DNA of 64,000 bases from Paragordius varius (taxonomy: Eukaryota > Animalia > Nematomorpha): assembly GCA_964247055.1 (NCBI GenBank), contig OZ176053.1:12276001-12340000 (forward strand), written 5' to 3'. The notes under the pieces were generated by a model, which saw only the letters and a list, made by a program, of their open reading frames with translations, was not told the origin of the DNA and ran no database searches. This document shows, piece by piece, positions 1-25,829 of this stretch. A program made the translations under genes and the position numbers. How positions within the stretch are numbered: the first letter of the stretch is position 1; each line of letters starts with the position of its first letter.

Positions 1-727
1 TGGAAAAGCGATTCTCTAGGCTAAGAGATGTAAATTCTAAATTTGGATATGTGTCAGTTATCAAAAATTAATTGACACGCAATAACAATAATGATTTAAA
101 AAATTATTGTAAATCTATAGGCGAATTTTACCAAACAGATTTTATAGGAACAGATCTTTTTATAGAAATTTGTTAATTGGAGAATGTTACTCCTAAGTCG
201 AAAAGATGTCGAACCTAAAACTCTGTACAGAACTTTTAACCTTTATAATTTCGTAGGGCGAAGATATGTATCCCAATTTAAGTGTTGCACTTCAAATACT
301 TTTAACTAATTCAACGTCAGTCACTAGTTGTGAAAGGTCATTCAGCTATTTGAAATTAATTTTAACATACATGCAATCGACGATGGGTCAAGATCGTTTG
401 AATGACTTAACATTGTTGGGTGTGGAAAAAGAAAATTTAATATGATAGATTTTAATGATATAATTGATAAATTTGCAATATCAAAAGCCAAAAAAATTTT
501 ACATAAAAGAAATTTTTTCTCTTAATTGCCTCTTTCCATTTTAAGTAGTAAAATCTCATTTATATACTTAATATTTTAGGATTAAATTGCATTACATAAG
601 TTGTCATAAAATTTAATTCCGTCAAAATCTGTGTTATAAAATTTCCCTATATTTATTATTATTTTTTAAATCTTTATTGTTTGCCATTATCATAAGATCA
701 ATTCAATATATGCAACGAACAATGTGA

Positions 728-767
<40 letters not shown>

Positions 768-971
768 CCATATTATAGAATTTATTAGAATATTTACATG
801 TATGTATATGTATATGAATAAATTTTGTTTCTTTTATATATATTTTTAATAAATTTAAAATTTATATAACTGTGATCATTTATCTATGATCTTTAGGTTA
901 CAACGTTTGAATTTTTTTTATTAAATTGTTTTATTGGATTTCAAAAAGAGAAGGGGGGGGGTACGCCACTG
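1..971 (+). mobile_element. 3' remnant of a hAT-superfamily DNA transposon (decayed transposase C-terminus plus right end)
   Basis: About 265-430 translates as YPNLSVALQILLTNSTSVTSCERSFSYLKLILTYMQSTMGQDRLNDLTLLGVEKE, a hAT dimerisation-domain motif, in sequence broken by stops. It ends in GGGGGGGGGTACGCCACTG (952-971), resembling a hAT terminus (CAGTGGCGTA.. on the minus strand). Confidence 0.8.
736..763. repeat. (TA)n microsatellite
   Basis: Direct TA run in the sequence. Confidence 0.95.
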
Positions 972-1044
972 AAGTGACTGATATGTTTTTTTATATCTAT
1001 TCTATGGTTTTAATATTTTACTAAATTTATTTTATTAAATTTAG

Positions 1045-13581
<12,537 letters not shown>

Positions 13582-13867
13582 TTTCTGGTTAATGAATGAA
13601 AAATTATACATTTAAGGCATTTAAATTATTTATATTGATACACCAAATCTCTGCTTTTAAATTTTTAGCTGTCCTTTGTTGTCACATATTTGTGTACTTA
13701 TATTTATTAAACAATTGTAAATTTGGTGATAAAATTTTATAGCACACAGGATCATAGTTGTAGAATAAATTTTTATGATAATTTATTAATCTTATTATTA
13801 CATTGCATCCGAAATTGGGGGGTATAAAAAATAACCTGATGAAATATATTTATGAAAGGCAAATGTA

Positions 13868-14602
13868 TCAGGATTATGGTTGTGCATTTGACTGCTTTTT
13901 TTAAAAAATTCCAGTCAGAAACAGTCAGACCATGGTCATGACCACTTTTTACTTAGCGATATTGGATTGTGAAAATAATGTTCGTACGACAACTTGCGTT
14001 TCACTAATAATGTCATGTTTTTTCTAAAAAGTTTATATTACACTTTTTTGATAATTATTTAAAAATATTTTAAATCAAATTTAATTAAGAATTTTGTTTT
14101 CAAATAAATTTTGACACTGTGGCCCTCTGAATCTTCATAAACATATTTAATACTGGATATTTCAAATAAAATTTAAGTTTGTTTTAAACTTTCTTTCATC
14201 ATTCAAATATCCAATTATGATATGTTTTTTCATTTTATTGGTTCAAATATTACTGGATATTTCAAATAAAATTTAAGTTTGGTTTAAAATTTCTTTCATC
14301 ATTCAAATATCCAATTATAATATGTTTTTTCAATTTATTGGTTCACATATATGGAATAATTGCATATTTTGCAAAGTGTTTGATTGTTTTGTTCGTAATA
14401 ACTGGAATGCTAAAGTTATAACGATTATTTAAATATTTAATTTATATTTTTTTAGAAATATATTAAAAAACAATAAAATATTACTATTTTTCTTCCAAAA
14501 AAATTATCAGCATTTTTTAAAAAATGTTTTAAATGACCATTGTCAAAAAATAAATAGTCACTGACCTGGTCATGACTTATTCAGCACAACCCTAATCAGG
14601 AT
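13868..14602. mobile_element. MITE-like element with imperfect terminal inverted repeats
   Basis: Left tcaggattatggttgtgca versus right gcacaaccctaatcagga. Palindromic ggtcatgac subterminal motifs occur at about 13933 and 14567. No TSD was established. Confidence 0.4.
14151..14345. repeat. Tandem duplication, about 100-bp unit x2
   Basis: tactggatatttcaaataaaatttaagtttg...ttattggttca starts at 14151 and again at 14251, with few substitutions. Confidence 0.9.
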
Positions 14603-15965
14603 TATCATGGTGCTTTTGGTTTTGGCTTTTAAGGATTCAAGCAAATTATTTACGTCTTTATGAAGGCTGCTCATTATCAAAAATTGATTTGCTCACATTT
14701 TGCTGGATAACGTTTTTGGTAAAGAGGCTTCGTTCAAAAGTATCACTAAAATATATCTTAAATTACCTATAAAAAGCCATACAATATTTTTGAAATATTT
14801 TGATTTTTAGTAGTGGGTTGCGAAAGTTCCAAATTTTATCGTCTTCTAAAATGGACTAGTTTTAATATAAACGCAAATATTCCGTAATTATATGCTAAAT
14901 TATGACAAAAAATAATTTTAAAAATGCATACTTTTCATTTTTTGCAAAATTTTGTTGAAGCGTACTTCATATAATTTTTAGGTATAATGGGAAAATATTT
15001 AAAGATTATAAAAAAGCTTTTTTTATATAATTCGATTATGTTGAACATTTCAATCGCTTTAGAATATAAATTTAATGGTTTATTAACTTTCTAAATTTTA
15101 ATTTTCATAAAAAACACAGTTTATGTTTGACATATATATGAAACGAACGAATATTATAATCAAAATTTTGAGATGGTAGAAATATTCAGCACCATCGAAT
15201 TATATAGAATAATGTTTTTAAAAAATATTAAAGCGTTTTTTTTACCGTTTCCATCATGCCACTATAAAAAATTAAATTTTTATAGCGCAATTTTGTCACT
15301 TTTGCATTTATTTTAGCACAGTTAGCCCATCTTAGAAGAACAAATTTCAAATTGGGACTCCGGGACCCAAAAATTGTATTTTTGTGGTATATTTTTGGCT
15401 TTTATATGTAATTTTTGATATATATTAGTGATATTTTTTGGAATAAAGCTAGTTTATACCAAAAAATTTATTTTTAAGAAAATGTGCCCAAATTTTGCGA
15501 TTACGCGATATGGAGTTACCAGTAATTGTAAATCATTTTCTACCACTCGTAGGGTCCAGAAGAAACCAAGATAATCCCGATATATTTTCCTATCATACGT
15601 CCAAAATGGGGGGTATAAAAAAAGATGAAATATATATATTTTTGAGTCATGGCATTAATTACCAATACACACAAAACCTGAATATATATAGCAGTGCGGT
15701 CGTAAATAAAGACTAAATCGTTTGACCCACGAATACTATAGTTTAAAATAAGTGTATAAAAATTAAGGGGAACTTTAAATATATACTCAAATGATCGGTA
15801 CTATGTTAAATATTTGACAATTTATTATTTAAAATATATAAAATTATTATTTTTATATCCTTTTTAGTATTTTTAAAAATTAATATTTTTTGACCAATTA
15901 AAGAAATTGTTGTGTTTGAAAACAGTTTCCCATACCACATTTTTACTATATATTTTTACTATTTC

Positions 15966-18900
15966 ATGTCCTTAGTGTCTAGTTTAAATCAGGATGGAAA
16001 ATATGCCATAATGGAGACGGATATCGAAAGCAATAAATATTTGCTCAAAAAATATTTTGAAGACATTTACAATGGGTACGGATTTTATAATATTAGGAAA
16101 ACGATATCGTTACATCCTATCTTGCAGCAATATATGGATAAAAATGATTTCAGTATTACGCTAGATGCATTTATAAATATTCCCCAGGTTGCTAATCTGC
16201 AACTTGATTCCCAATGCATTTTAGATTTGATCAAAGGTGTTTATTTATTTTATATCATGTAGCAAATGATCATATCGTGTTTGCCGAGAAAGATACTAAA
16301 ATAATACCTATGTATTCTAGTAGATCCTGCCTTATAGTACGGGATATGCCTAGTCACACCACTTTTCAAGTTTTTGAAATAAATATTTTTAGGATATGCT
16401 AAATATTTTTGAGGGAGTAGAGCCAAAACCTCTTTATATTGAGGGTGTTGGGAATGAATGTTGGTACATTTATTTTGAGAAGCGTTCTTCAGCTAATCAA
16501 TGTTATCTTGTTTTGTTGGCCAAGGATCCAACAATTTCTAATAAAGTATTGCAACTATTGCTTTTGTACAATACAACCATAAAATGATTTAAATTTTTAT
16601 TAATAATTGATTTATTTTGATCTTAGCTAATCGCTGATTTTTGATTAAAGTAATCGATTGGGAGATTATATAATTTATAATTAAAAATGAAAGCATTTTG
16701 CGCCGTGCCTCAATTTCAGACTTAGTAAAATCTATTTGACCTTTCCAAATTATGGCCAATAAATTAATCATTTCTGGTAGAACCTAAATGCTATTAAAGC
16801 GGATTATTATATCCAAATAAAAAAAGTTAGACGCTCCGAATTTTACAAATTTTTAGAATCTTATAGCTAGCGTTTTAAAAAACATGATTAGATTTTTAAA
16901 CGTGCTAAAAAACTTCTTATAAAAATGCCCACTTTGCTTTAAAATTTTAATTTTGTCAATGCTTTTAAACCTACATTATTTTATTTTTCAGCATAGTGGA
17001 GACCCAATAAAAATGTTTTAAGATATAATATCAATGAGGCTTATAACCTAACAATATTCATTAAAGTTCGTTTCCTTGTGAATTTGTTTAAAATTTCCTG
17101 AACATTACACTTATCTTATATTTAACAAATCTCTAAATTAAATTATAGAAAAGTCCATCATTATGAATTATATTAAAAAAGTTTCTATAGAATTTCCACT
17201 ACGCCTTAAAATATGAAAGTTAAAAATTGCCATTATTTAAATATTAAATTAAAATATTTTTGATGTCCATCTAGCATTTATTAAAATGCATATCGAGCAA
17301 TCTCGGTATTTTTCCGAAAAAAATCAGCCCATAAATTCTTATGGAGGCTAAAATTTAAGTTTATTTATTATAATTATTTTTTCTCACTACAGTTTATGAT
17401 ATATTTTAATTTTAAAATTAATCCTTTAGTTTTTACTATAAATTTTATTTATCATATGTGTTCTTCTTTATATGGATTGGATAGCACAAAAGTAGTAATT
17501 ATTTTATTTAATCACTCGTAAGGCCCAAAAACATGAAATCAAATTATATATTTTATCAAGATGTTGTGCATTGTGGATAGTTTATTGTTTTTGGCCTAAT
17601 GGTTTTGTTTTCAATTTTTTTGTTTTAAATGTCTCATAAGCTTCAATACTATAAGCACAATGGCACCCTATATATGTATGTTTTATTTTCTACTAATTTT
17701 GTTTGTACCCTTTCAGTCCAATTTTTAATAAAGAAAATTCGTATTGTTAGATTAACACCAAAATTTAATGATGGTGGCACAAATTTTATTACAGCTTTCT
17801 ACATACATTTTTGTTTTGGTATATAAAATTATGTGCCCGAAATGTATGCTTATCTGGTTAAAACATATAAGGAAACTGTTTTTTAGTGCCCAAAAACTCC
17901 TCCTTTTATTTATATCTTTATTATGCTATTATTGAGTTTCTTTTTGGAGATTCACTTTTTATTGACTTTTGACCCAAAAATGGTGTAAAATTATATTGAG
18001 AAAGTTTGAACGTTTGACCGGTCTAAGCGTTGAATTTGTACTTTTGAAAATTCAATATTCTTTTTTGATTATGTTTCTTAAATAACTTTAATTGATAATG
18101 ATTTAATTTTATTATTAAGATGCGGCCAAAATACAAAGACGCAATTTTACCCGGTAACTTAACATATGCAAAAGCCAAATATAGTGAACAATTTCAAATT
18201 GTTGAAAGCGAACAAAAAGAACAAGAACAACACCCATTTTCTATGTCCCAATCAGGTTTGCCAAATACTTTTTCCTCCTCTGAGCCTATTACTTTAGTTT
18301 TACCCGCAAAGGAGAATCGTAACGCTAATCATGCTGCCACTCCGGCATATAATAACTCAGGTCATCATCAAGGATTCTCTAACATGAATAAAGCCCATTC
18401 TATCGATGTCTTAAATACAGTTACACCCCCTGCTATAATGTATGTAGCTTTATATTTAGTTAGTTATTTACCTTATGTTCTGGTATTTTATTTATAATGT
18501 CGTGTTTTTATATTTTTAGAAAGGATTTGATTCCACCCCAGTTGTCAAATTATGGATTAATAGTCAGTAATAAACAGGTCTATATATATATATATTTCCC
18601 AAAATTTAAGTTGTTTTTGAGAGTTTAATAGATTTTTTGGTAAATTCCTTATTTAATTTAAATTTTCTTAATACATATAATAGCATTATGATGGACAACA
18701 TAAAACTTTGGATTATATTAAGGCATCGTCGAATAATATGTTGTATCCTACCCCACCTTTGCAGCAAAACCAAGCTGGTGCCGGTAATAAGTACGCTACC
18801 AATACCCATTACTTTAACAACAAACAACAGCATTTGGTACCAAATTACAATAATAAAAACGCTCCTTTGGCTTACAAACAACAGCACTTATATCCCTCCT

Positions 18901-21900
18901 CACTACACAACCACAATAATACTGGGATGATAAGCAACAAAAATAATTTAAACAGAAATTCTTCAGAAAGAAACTTAATAACCAACGGATCAGGATCTGT
19001 TTTAAATTCGTTTGTTTTGTCACACAATATATCGCCTTCCTACGCAAATAACATTAGTAACAGTAATCCTAAACAGCAACATGGTTTTGAGAGTGCGAAC
19101 ATTCATAGTGTTAATTCCAACAAACATTCTCAAACAGCTTTTGTTGCAAATCCACAAGGTTATATGCCTCCACCTCCTCCTTCTGCTCTGTTACCGCCGC
19201 CTCTGGTAGGATCTTCAGTTTTTAAGACAACATCAGCAGCGACCCAAAATAATAATTGTGTGAATGAAAATGCGGGACTTATTTTTCCCCCTTTACCACC
19301 ACCTCCTCCACCCTTTATGGGTTCAACTCCATCAACTCTGGCTTCCACTTTACCTTATCCTTCTAACGTTGTTCCCACAAATAATCAATTTGGTGGGCAA
19401 GCAGCACCAGCCAATGTCTTTTGGTGTATGCCTCCCCTCCCTCCATCCCTTTTACCATTACCTCCACACCATCACCCTCATCATCTCCCATTTCCTCCTT
19501 TGCCACATTATCAACAACAAATAATGCCAACACCACCAATGTTGGCTCCAGCTTATCAACAACAGCAATTGCAACGTTCTCAATCATCTCAAAACAATCT
19601 CAACATATCAACCAAACCCCCAATGAATAATGGAAATAGCAACGCATTTTACATGACACCCCGAGGAGTAGATGGTAATATGTTTGCCGGTATGAACAAA
19701 ATGGTCCAAGTACCGCCTGGTCAGGTACCTTTCTTTTTGCATCAAGCTGCTGCTGCGGCTAATTCATTCTTACTCCCTCCTCCGTATCCCCATCATTCAC
19801 AAATAAATCATAATGCCAACAGTATTCACAAGTATAAACTCGCTGCCACACCAGAGCCAGTGAGCCAATCCAATAAACTTCCATACTATCCTCTTAACAA
19901 TAGCAACAACAAGATTAATACTGCTAATCCTAGCTCCATTTCACCCAAAAACTATTCCCCACCTTCCCAAGCAAAAGATGCCTTTATTGTCTCCAAATTA
20001 ACTTTGGCGGCGTGTGGTGTCGGACCTTTATCTACTATTCCGCCACAATCGACAGCCCTTAGATCACAAGTCACGTCTATAAACATGTATAATAGCATAG
20101 CAACTCCCTTTTACTATTATCCACCTCCCCCTGTATCTCAATCAGGAGGAGGAACTCATCTCCAATTTCCTCAAATGCTACACCACCCAACACCTACGCC
20201 CCTTCTGATTCAACCGACCCCACCAACAGAATTAATGAATGATTCTTCCAATGCTTTTCGTCCCACATACAATCAATACGCACCTCGCAACCCCGTTAAT
20301 AACAATATTAATGCCTTTGGAACAAAAAAAGAGGCCAAATCTCATCAGACAAATCATCGAGTTAATTTAAGCTCTCATGATTCAACAGGAATCAATAACT
20401 ACAGTAATAATGGGGGAGGTAAGGCAAATTTCCAAACTGGTAAACCGCTGCCCTTATTGCCTCCACCGTTGTCAGTGGCAACAGCAGTTTATCCAAAAGA
20501 TATCGCCCCTATAAATAAATCCTATGAATACAAATATAAAGGCAAACACAATAATAACATGAGTAATACGGATTTTAATCCGTCAATAACCGTATCTCAC
20601 ACCTTATATAATAGCAATAATTATACAGCGAAAAATCATTACAATACAACTGGATATAAGTATATTGATTTGACCAATCAAAATGCAGTGGACCTACCTG
20701 TCTTTCTATATAACCCCCATTCCTAACAAACTTATATTAATAATTTGCACTTTTTCGATTCCTTTATAAGGACTCTTAAAATTTTCCACAAAATTATAAG
20801 TTTTTTTTGACTAATATAAAATTAAATTTTTATATTTATTTAATGCAGGTTTTTTTAAATTTAAGTTGGGGAGGGTAGATGGAGGTCCACTGTATCGATT
20901 ATAATTTATATAATTATATATAATATATATTTACATAAACTTAGCCGAAATAAACGAGATTTTCAAACTGTAATAACAAGTACCCCGACTTGCTTTACCA
21001 ATTTGGTAAAGTATAACCAAACTAGCAATATCTATCCTCATAAAACTTCTAATAAACACCAAGCAGTAATAGCGAATAGCAAATTTAATCACCATACTAA
21101 CTCTTTGAGTAATGATAATACAAATTCTTTGGCCACGTTTAATAACTCTGAAAGGAAATTCCAACATAAATCTCAATCAGATAATGCTTCTACAAACCTC
21201 AATATTTCTCTTTATGCTGATTCTCGTTTTTCACAAGCTGAAAACACATTCAAACCTAATAAGGAGTATTAATATACACTTAATCTTAAATCTTTTTCAT
21301 TACTTAAATTTTTATTACATTTTTATATCTTTTACTATTAAATAGAATAACACCGAAAAACGCCAGTGAGGCAAAAGCTTCCATAGATTTGGCCAACTTG
21401 GAAAGGTACACTATTTAAACAAATATAATTTTAATGCGAAGTTCGTTAGCTGGAACTTGTTAGTTTGCTAGTTTTCATTACTTCGCTACAAAAATTTAAC
21501 CAACTATCCTAATTACATTGTTTCATCAATGTGGTTATTTGGAATTGAATTAAACATTTTTATTTTAAAACACTATTTACTCTTTTTAAATCATAATTAT
21601 ATATTATAAATTTGTATCTTTAATTCTAGATTATCCATATCTGAACGGAATCATGAACAGGTATTTTTAATGTTTTTACTTTTAACTAATGAATTTCTAC
21701 TAAACTTAACACCAGCATAATGTACATATTATTTAACGATAAATAATTATTTAAATGTTTATGGGAAGCCTTTTATGTTTAATTTTACCAATTTTTTAAT
21801 ATAAATTAGACTGGACTTGTTTTATACTAATTAAACTGGTGTTAAAAAAGAATTGGTATAATTTTTATCCCTAATATCGATTAAAAAATATATATAGTTT

Positions 21901-23637
21901 TTTGACCGGCAAAAATGATTTACGATTAATTTGTAATGCATTTATTAATGGTGGTCATAAGCAGTCAGGATCATTAAATATGAGATATTATAAAACCAAA
22001 AACATAAATTAATCAAATAGATCCAAAATTCAATTTTTATGTGGGATGTTTATCCTTAAACTTTTTGCTTAGTTTTTATAACACGGTCATGAATCTATTC
22101 ATTACTAGTGTTAATTTTAATCTTTATGTTGATTTTTAAGGAAAGTGCAATATGCAGTATAGCAACATCACCCACTCCAACAAATATATTTTTGGATGCC
22201 GTTTTGAATGATGTTGAAGAAAGTTTCATGAACGGAGGAAAAATTAGTTATGCACAAATCGTTAATCGTAAAATGATTGCCAACAACACAAAAATATTGT
22301 CAAACCATCAAATATCACCAAAATCCTTGAAAGCAACCACGTCAATAAATATGAGTGTTAGCCATGTGGTTGATAAGCAAACTATCACGTCCAACACTAA
22401 AACTTGTAATAATGATGTTTTGGTGGCTAAAATCGATGAAAAAATTGTTGCATCTACATTAATTGAAAATGGTAATGCTAAGAATATTAAATCAAGCCCT
22501 ATTGCTAATGAATGGACAACTGCGACAGGACCTAATAATTCTAGGCGACACAGGGGACCCCTGAAAAATAGATCCACTGATTTATCAAAAAATATTGGAG
22601 AAGAATCTGCAAAAGCTATTGTAAGTGCGCCCGCTTCTAAAATTAACGTCCATAATAACATTGAATCTCATTATGCCACATCATCTATTAAAATGACGAA
22701 TAATACATCACCAGGCAGTAAAACAACTACCCAGGGGAAAAATACTTGTTCAACTACATTAGCATCATCAAGCATACTACCTATAGTTACTACTAGCAGC
22801 GCTAGAGTTACAAAAACTCATCAATCAAACATCAAAATTTCACAAAACACAAATAAAACAACAACTGTTAATTCAAACACGACTCAACGTGCAAATGTCA
22901 GGCCTGCTGGTGCCGCCCCTTCACAGACACGTAAAAACAGATCTTATAAATTTAAGCTTTCTGAGCTACCTTTCCACCCTCTCAATGTTCGCGCACGTGA
23001 ATTGGAGAAACAGCGGCTTGAACAACAACAGAAGGGAAGGGAATCGCAGCAAGACTCTAAAACGGTAAATTATGATAAAGATAGGAATGATATTGACTTC
23101 CCACCCATAACTCATAAAAATTCTACTGGGATAGCTAACAAACTGTCTCCTGAAGGCAATCAATCTGACACCAAGCGCAATCACACGTTGACTGATAAAT
23201 TTGAGAGTAATAAATCAATTGCTATCATCACATCTGCAAATGACGCCAAAAATGAATCGATTATAACCGCTAACAATAATGCGAGTTTGGATTCGAAATC
23301 CGTTGCCTCTTCTAATGATGAATCTAGCGCCGCATCATTTAAATCAAGTTCATCAACTTTTTTATCTAGCTCGTTGGATCCTTCATCTCCCCCTCAATTG
23401 AAAGTAAAGAATTTGGAAAATAAAACCTCAACAACCTCCTATTTAGCGACAACGCAACACCCTCCTTCTGTTCGATCCAATTCATATAACCGGGAACGAT
23501 CTGTTAAAAATAATGAGGATAATAAGAATTATTTAAAGATTGACAATAGTGCGTCAAATTCATCTTTAGATAAAAAGGAGATGATGGATACAAAAAAGCA
23601 TACTACTGAAAGATTACTTAATGGTTATGTCATATGA
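15966..23637 (+). CDS. LARP4: La-related protein 4-like (divergent La motif + RRM, long Pro/Asn-rich region), about 1570 aa, 10 exons
   Basis: Exons 15966-16236, 16263-16369, 16393-16545, 18120-18439, 18520-18577, 18723-20659, 20981-21265, 21346-21405, 21630-21660 and 22141-23637 sum to 4719 nt in one frame. Motifs: La-motif-like LLKKYFE...QQYMDKNDFSITLDAFINIPQVANL..DSQCILDLIK; LARP4-type RRM SCLIVRDMPSHTTFQDMLNIF...GNECWYIYFEKRSSANQCY; C-terminal KISYAQIV resembling LARP4 KPSYAEV. The start codon is uncertain (15966, 16011 or an upstream exon). Confidence 0.75.
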
Positions 23638-24158
23638 AACGGAAAGAATGATGATGGATAAATTTTTATTTATTTGTGCTGTAAAATTATTATTAAAACA
23701 AAACCGAATCAAAATAATTATTTTGTATATAGAGTAAGATTATTTTTTACTTATTTTAGCTTTTTTTAATGAGTCAATTATTTTGTATCAACAAATTCAG
23801 AAATAAATTTTTCGATATGAATTATTTTATTTATAGAGTTATATAAGCCGTCATTAACTATTATATAGAAAGCAGGGTATTTTGGCAAAGTATTTTTATG
23901 AAAATAATAGGATAAATACAGTTAAGAGGGGCATGGCAAAACTGAAAACGCGAGGACGCCATAGACAGGGTTCTATGACGTAATAGTTTACGGATATGAC
24001 CGCTTGAAAGAGTTATATCATATAATGTATTTATTATTTTGTTATGTCTTGTTTACTTTGTGCATTGAAAAAATAGTTTTTCACAATTCGACATAGTTAT
24101 TTAACTTAAATTTTTTACCTAATTATAATTTTGGTATCAAGAATTTATATATCTAGAA

Positions 24159-24240
24159 CAGTGGTTGTCAACCTTTTTCTGTTCACGCCCCACCAATTAT
24201 AAAAAATTCTTGCGCCCCTCTCAAAATAAAACAAAAATAA
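24159..24240 (+). mobile_element. Isolated hAT-like left end
   Basis: CAGTGGTTGTCAACCTTTTT followed by gcccc motifs, resembling hAT/Charlie termini. No partner end with a matching TSD was found. Confidence 0.45.
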
Positions 24241-25829
24241 AAATGGAAAATTATATTATAAAAATGTAGTCAACAAATTTGGACTTTTTCGAGCACCACC
24301 ACTTAAAATTTTTTATTAGACCAATTTCAGTGTACTAAAACTCAATCTGGAAAATTTTTGATTGCCCCCAGAATTTTGAGATATTACGGGTTTTTCGATT
24401 TCTCAATGCCAGAAAATAGACAAATCAAACAAAACTTTATAATAAAAAGTTATTAAATAATAAACTCTCTTTTGATTGCAAATATGTCATTTAAATATTA
24501 GGGAGAAAAAAGTAGTACGGGTATAAACGTTAAAATTTGGCTTTTTTAAAACACTAATTTTAAACAGTTGTATAATATAAATAAAATACTAAAAGTGAAT
24601 TTTGTGGTTAAACCATCGGCTTTCAGATAAGCTATATTTTGTTAGTTTTGGTTATTTTATTTGGGTTTTTCTCTTCGGTTAATTTTTACAAAAAAAACAT
24701 GTTAATTATACTTAGTGGATATAATTAATTATTTTCAAATATCATTGGCTGCCAAGGATATGTTTGAACCCAGACCACAAAAAGAAATATGAACATAATA
24801 CAAAGTTTAATATTACATTTATTTTATAGATATATTTATTAATAAATTGTGCATTTAAAATATTTTATATAGCATTACAATTTTTTTATAATCCAAATTG
24901 TGTTTATAGTGCTCCGGGAGTTATATCTTGTTTCAATATCGTTCAATATGTTCATCGATTATATGGAGCTTCATGGTCATTGCTTATATTTTATAAAATA
25001 ATAGACCCATTTGATGGTAACTTTTACGAGCTTTTGGGCTTATTTAATATTCCTTCCAGCGTTAAATTTTTTTAGAGCTAACAAATGCTATTTGCTTTAT
25101 TAGCATCGATATTTCGTAAATTATTTTTCTTATATATATATATGTTTACCACAACTGCTGCATTATTTGGATCATTTTTGCATATTCGTTCTAAAATTAT
25201 AACTTAGCTGTAAAATCCACTTGTATCGACTTGTTTGATTAAATTTCAATATATTCACACGAGAATTAATTGCAAAATTGAGAGAATTACGCATTATATA
25301 TTATGAAATTTATTAAAAATTAAGCTGAAACGCGTATCTTATAAAAATATAAATTTTAATTTTCGACTTTTATTTATTGTAAAGTCTTTATCAAAAAAAA
25401 ATGGAATAGATTATAACGTAATAAGATGCCTTATCTAGTGTGATATAGGTAAGGTGACCAGACGTCCCGCTTTTTCACACTTTGTCCCGCCTCCCGCTAC
25501 GTTTTAAAATGTCCCGCTTTTTCACGATTATATAAAAAAAATTTTTAATACAAATAAATTTTTTTATCCGTTTAAATTTTAAATTAAAATTTTTTTATTT
25601 TAAAAATATTTATTTTTTTTCGAATTTATATCATATGATTATACACTTTGCTTCCTACTACTACTGTCATCATTATCAAAAGCCAAGTTAATTCCACAAA
25701 TCGGTAGCTTAAAAGACAAATTGATACCGCAAATCGGTACCTTACAAGTTTATTCTAGAAAATTAAGGTAATATAACATTTATTATACTAATAGTAGTTT
25801 ATAAATATGAGCACAAAAAGAGGTAATTC

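Noticed and set aside
13835-13875. Hammerhead-like CTGATGA...GAAA motif
   Set aside because: Stems I and III cannot be formed. The pattern is explained by a short cctgat/atcagg inverted repeat at a MITE end.
16589-16771. Antisense ORF within the LARP4 intron
   Set aside because: It is only 60 aa, has no recognisable motif and no splice partners. It may be transposon debris.
18440-18519. Possible 20-24 nt and 37 nt tiny introns in LARP4
   Set aside because: A single 80-nt intron (18440-18519) restores the frame. The short alternatives lead to a stop in the next exon.
18606-23184. Overlapping and antisense ORFs (e.g. 18606-18887, 19160-19348, 19363-19587, 22308-22661, 22966-23184)
   Set aside because: These are shadow frames of stop-poor, low-complexity LARP4 exons with no independent splice signals or motifs. 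The same applies to 35203-35526, 39950-40156, 51995-52195 and 53264-53527 against Musashi and MYRF.
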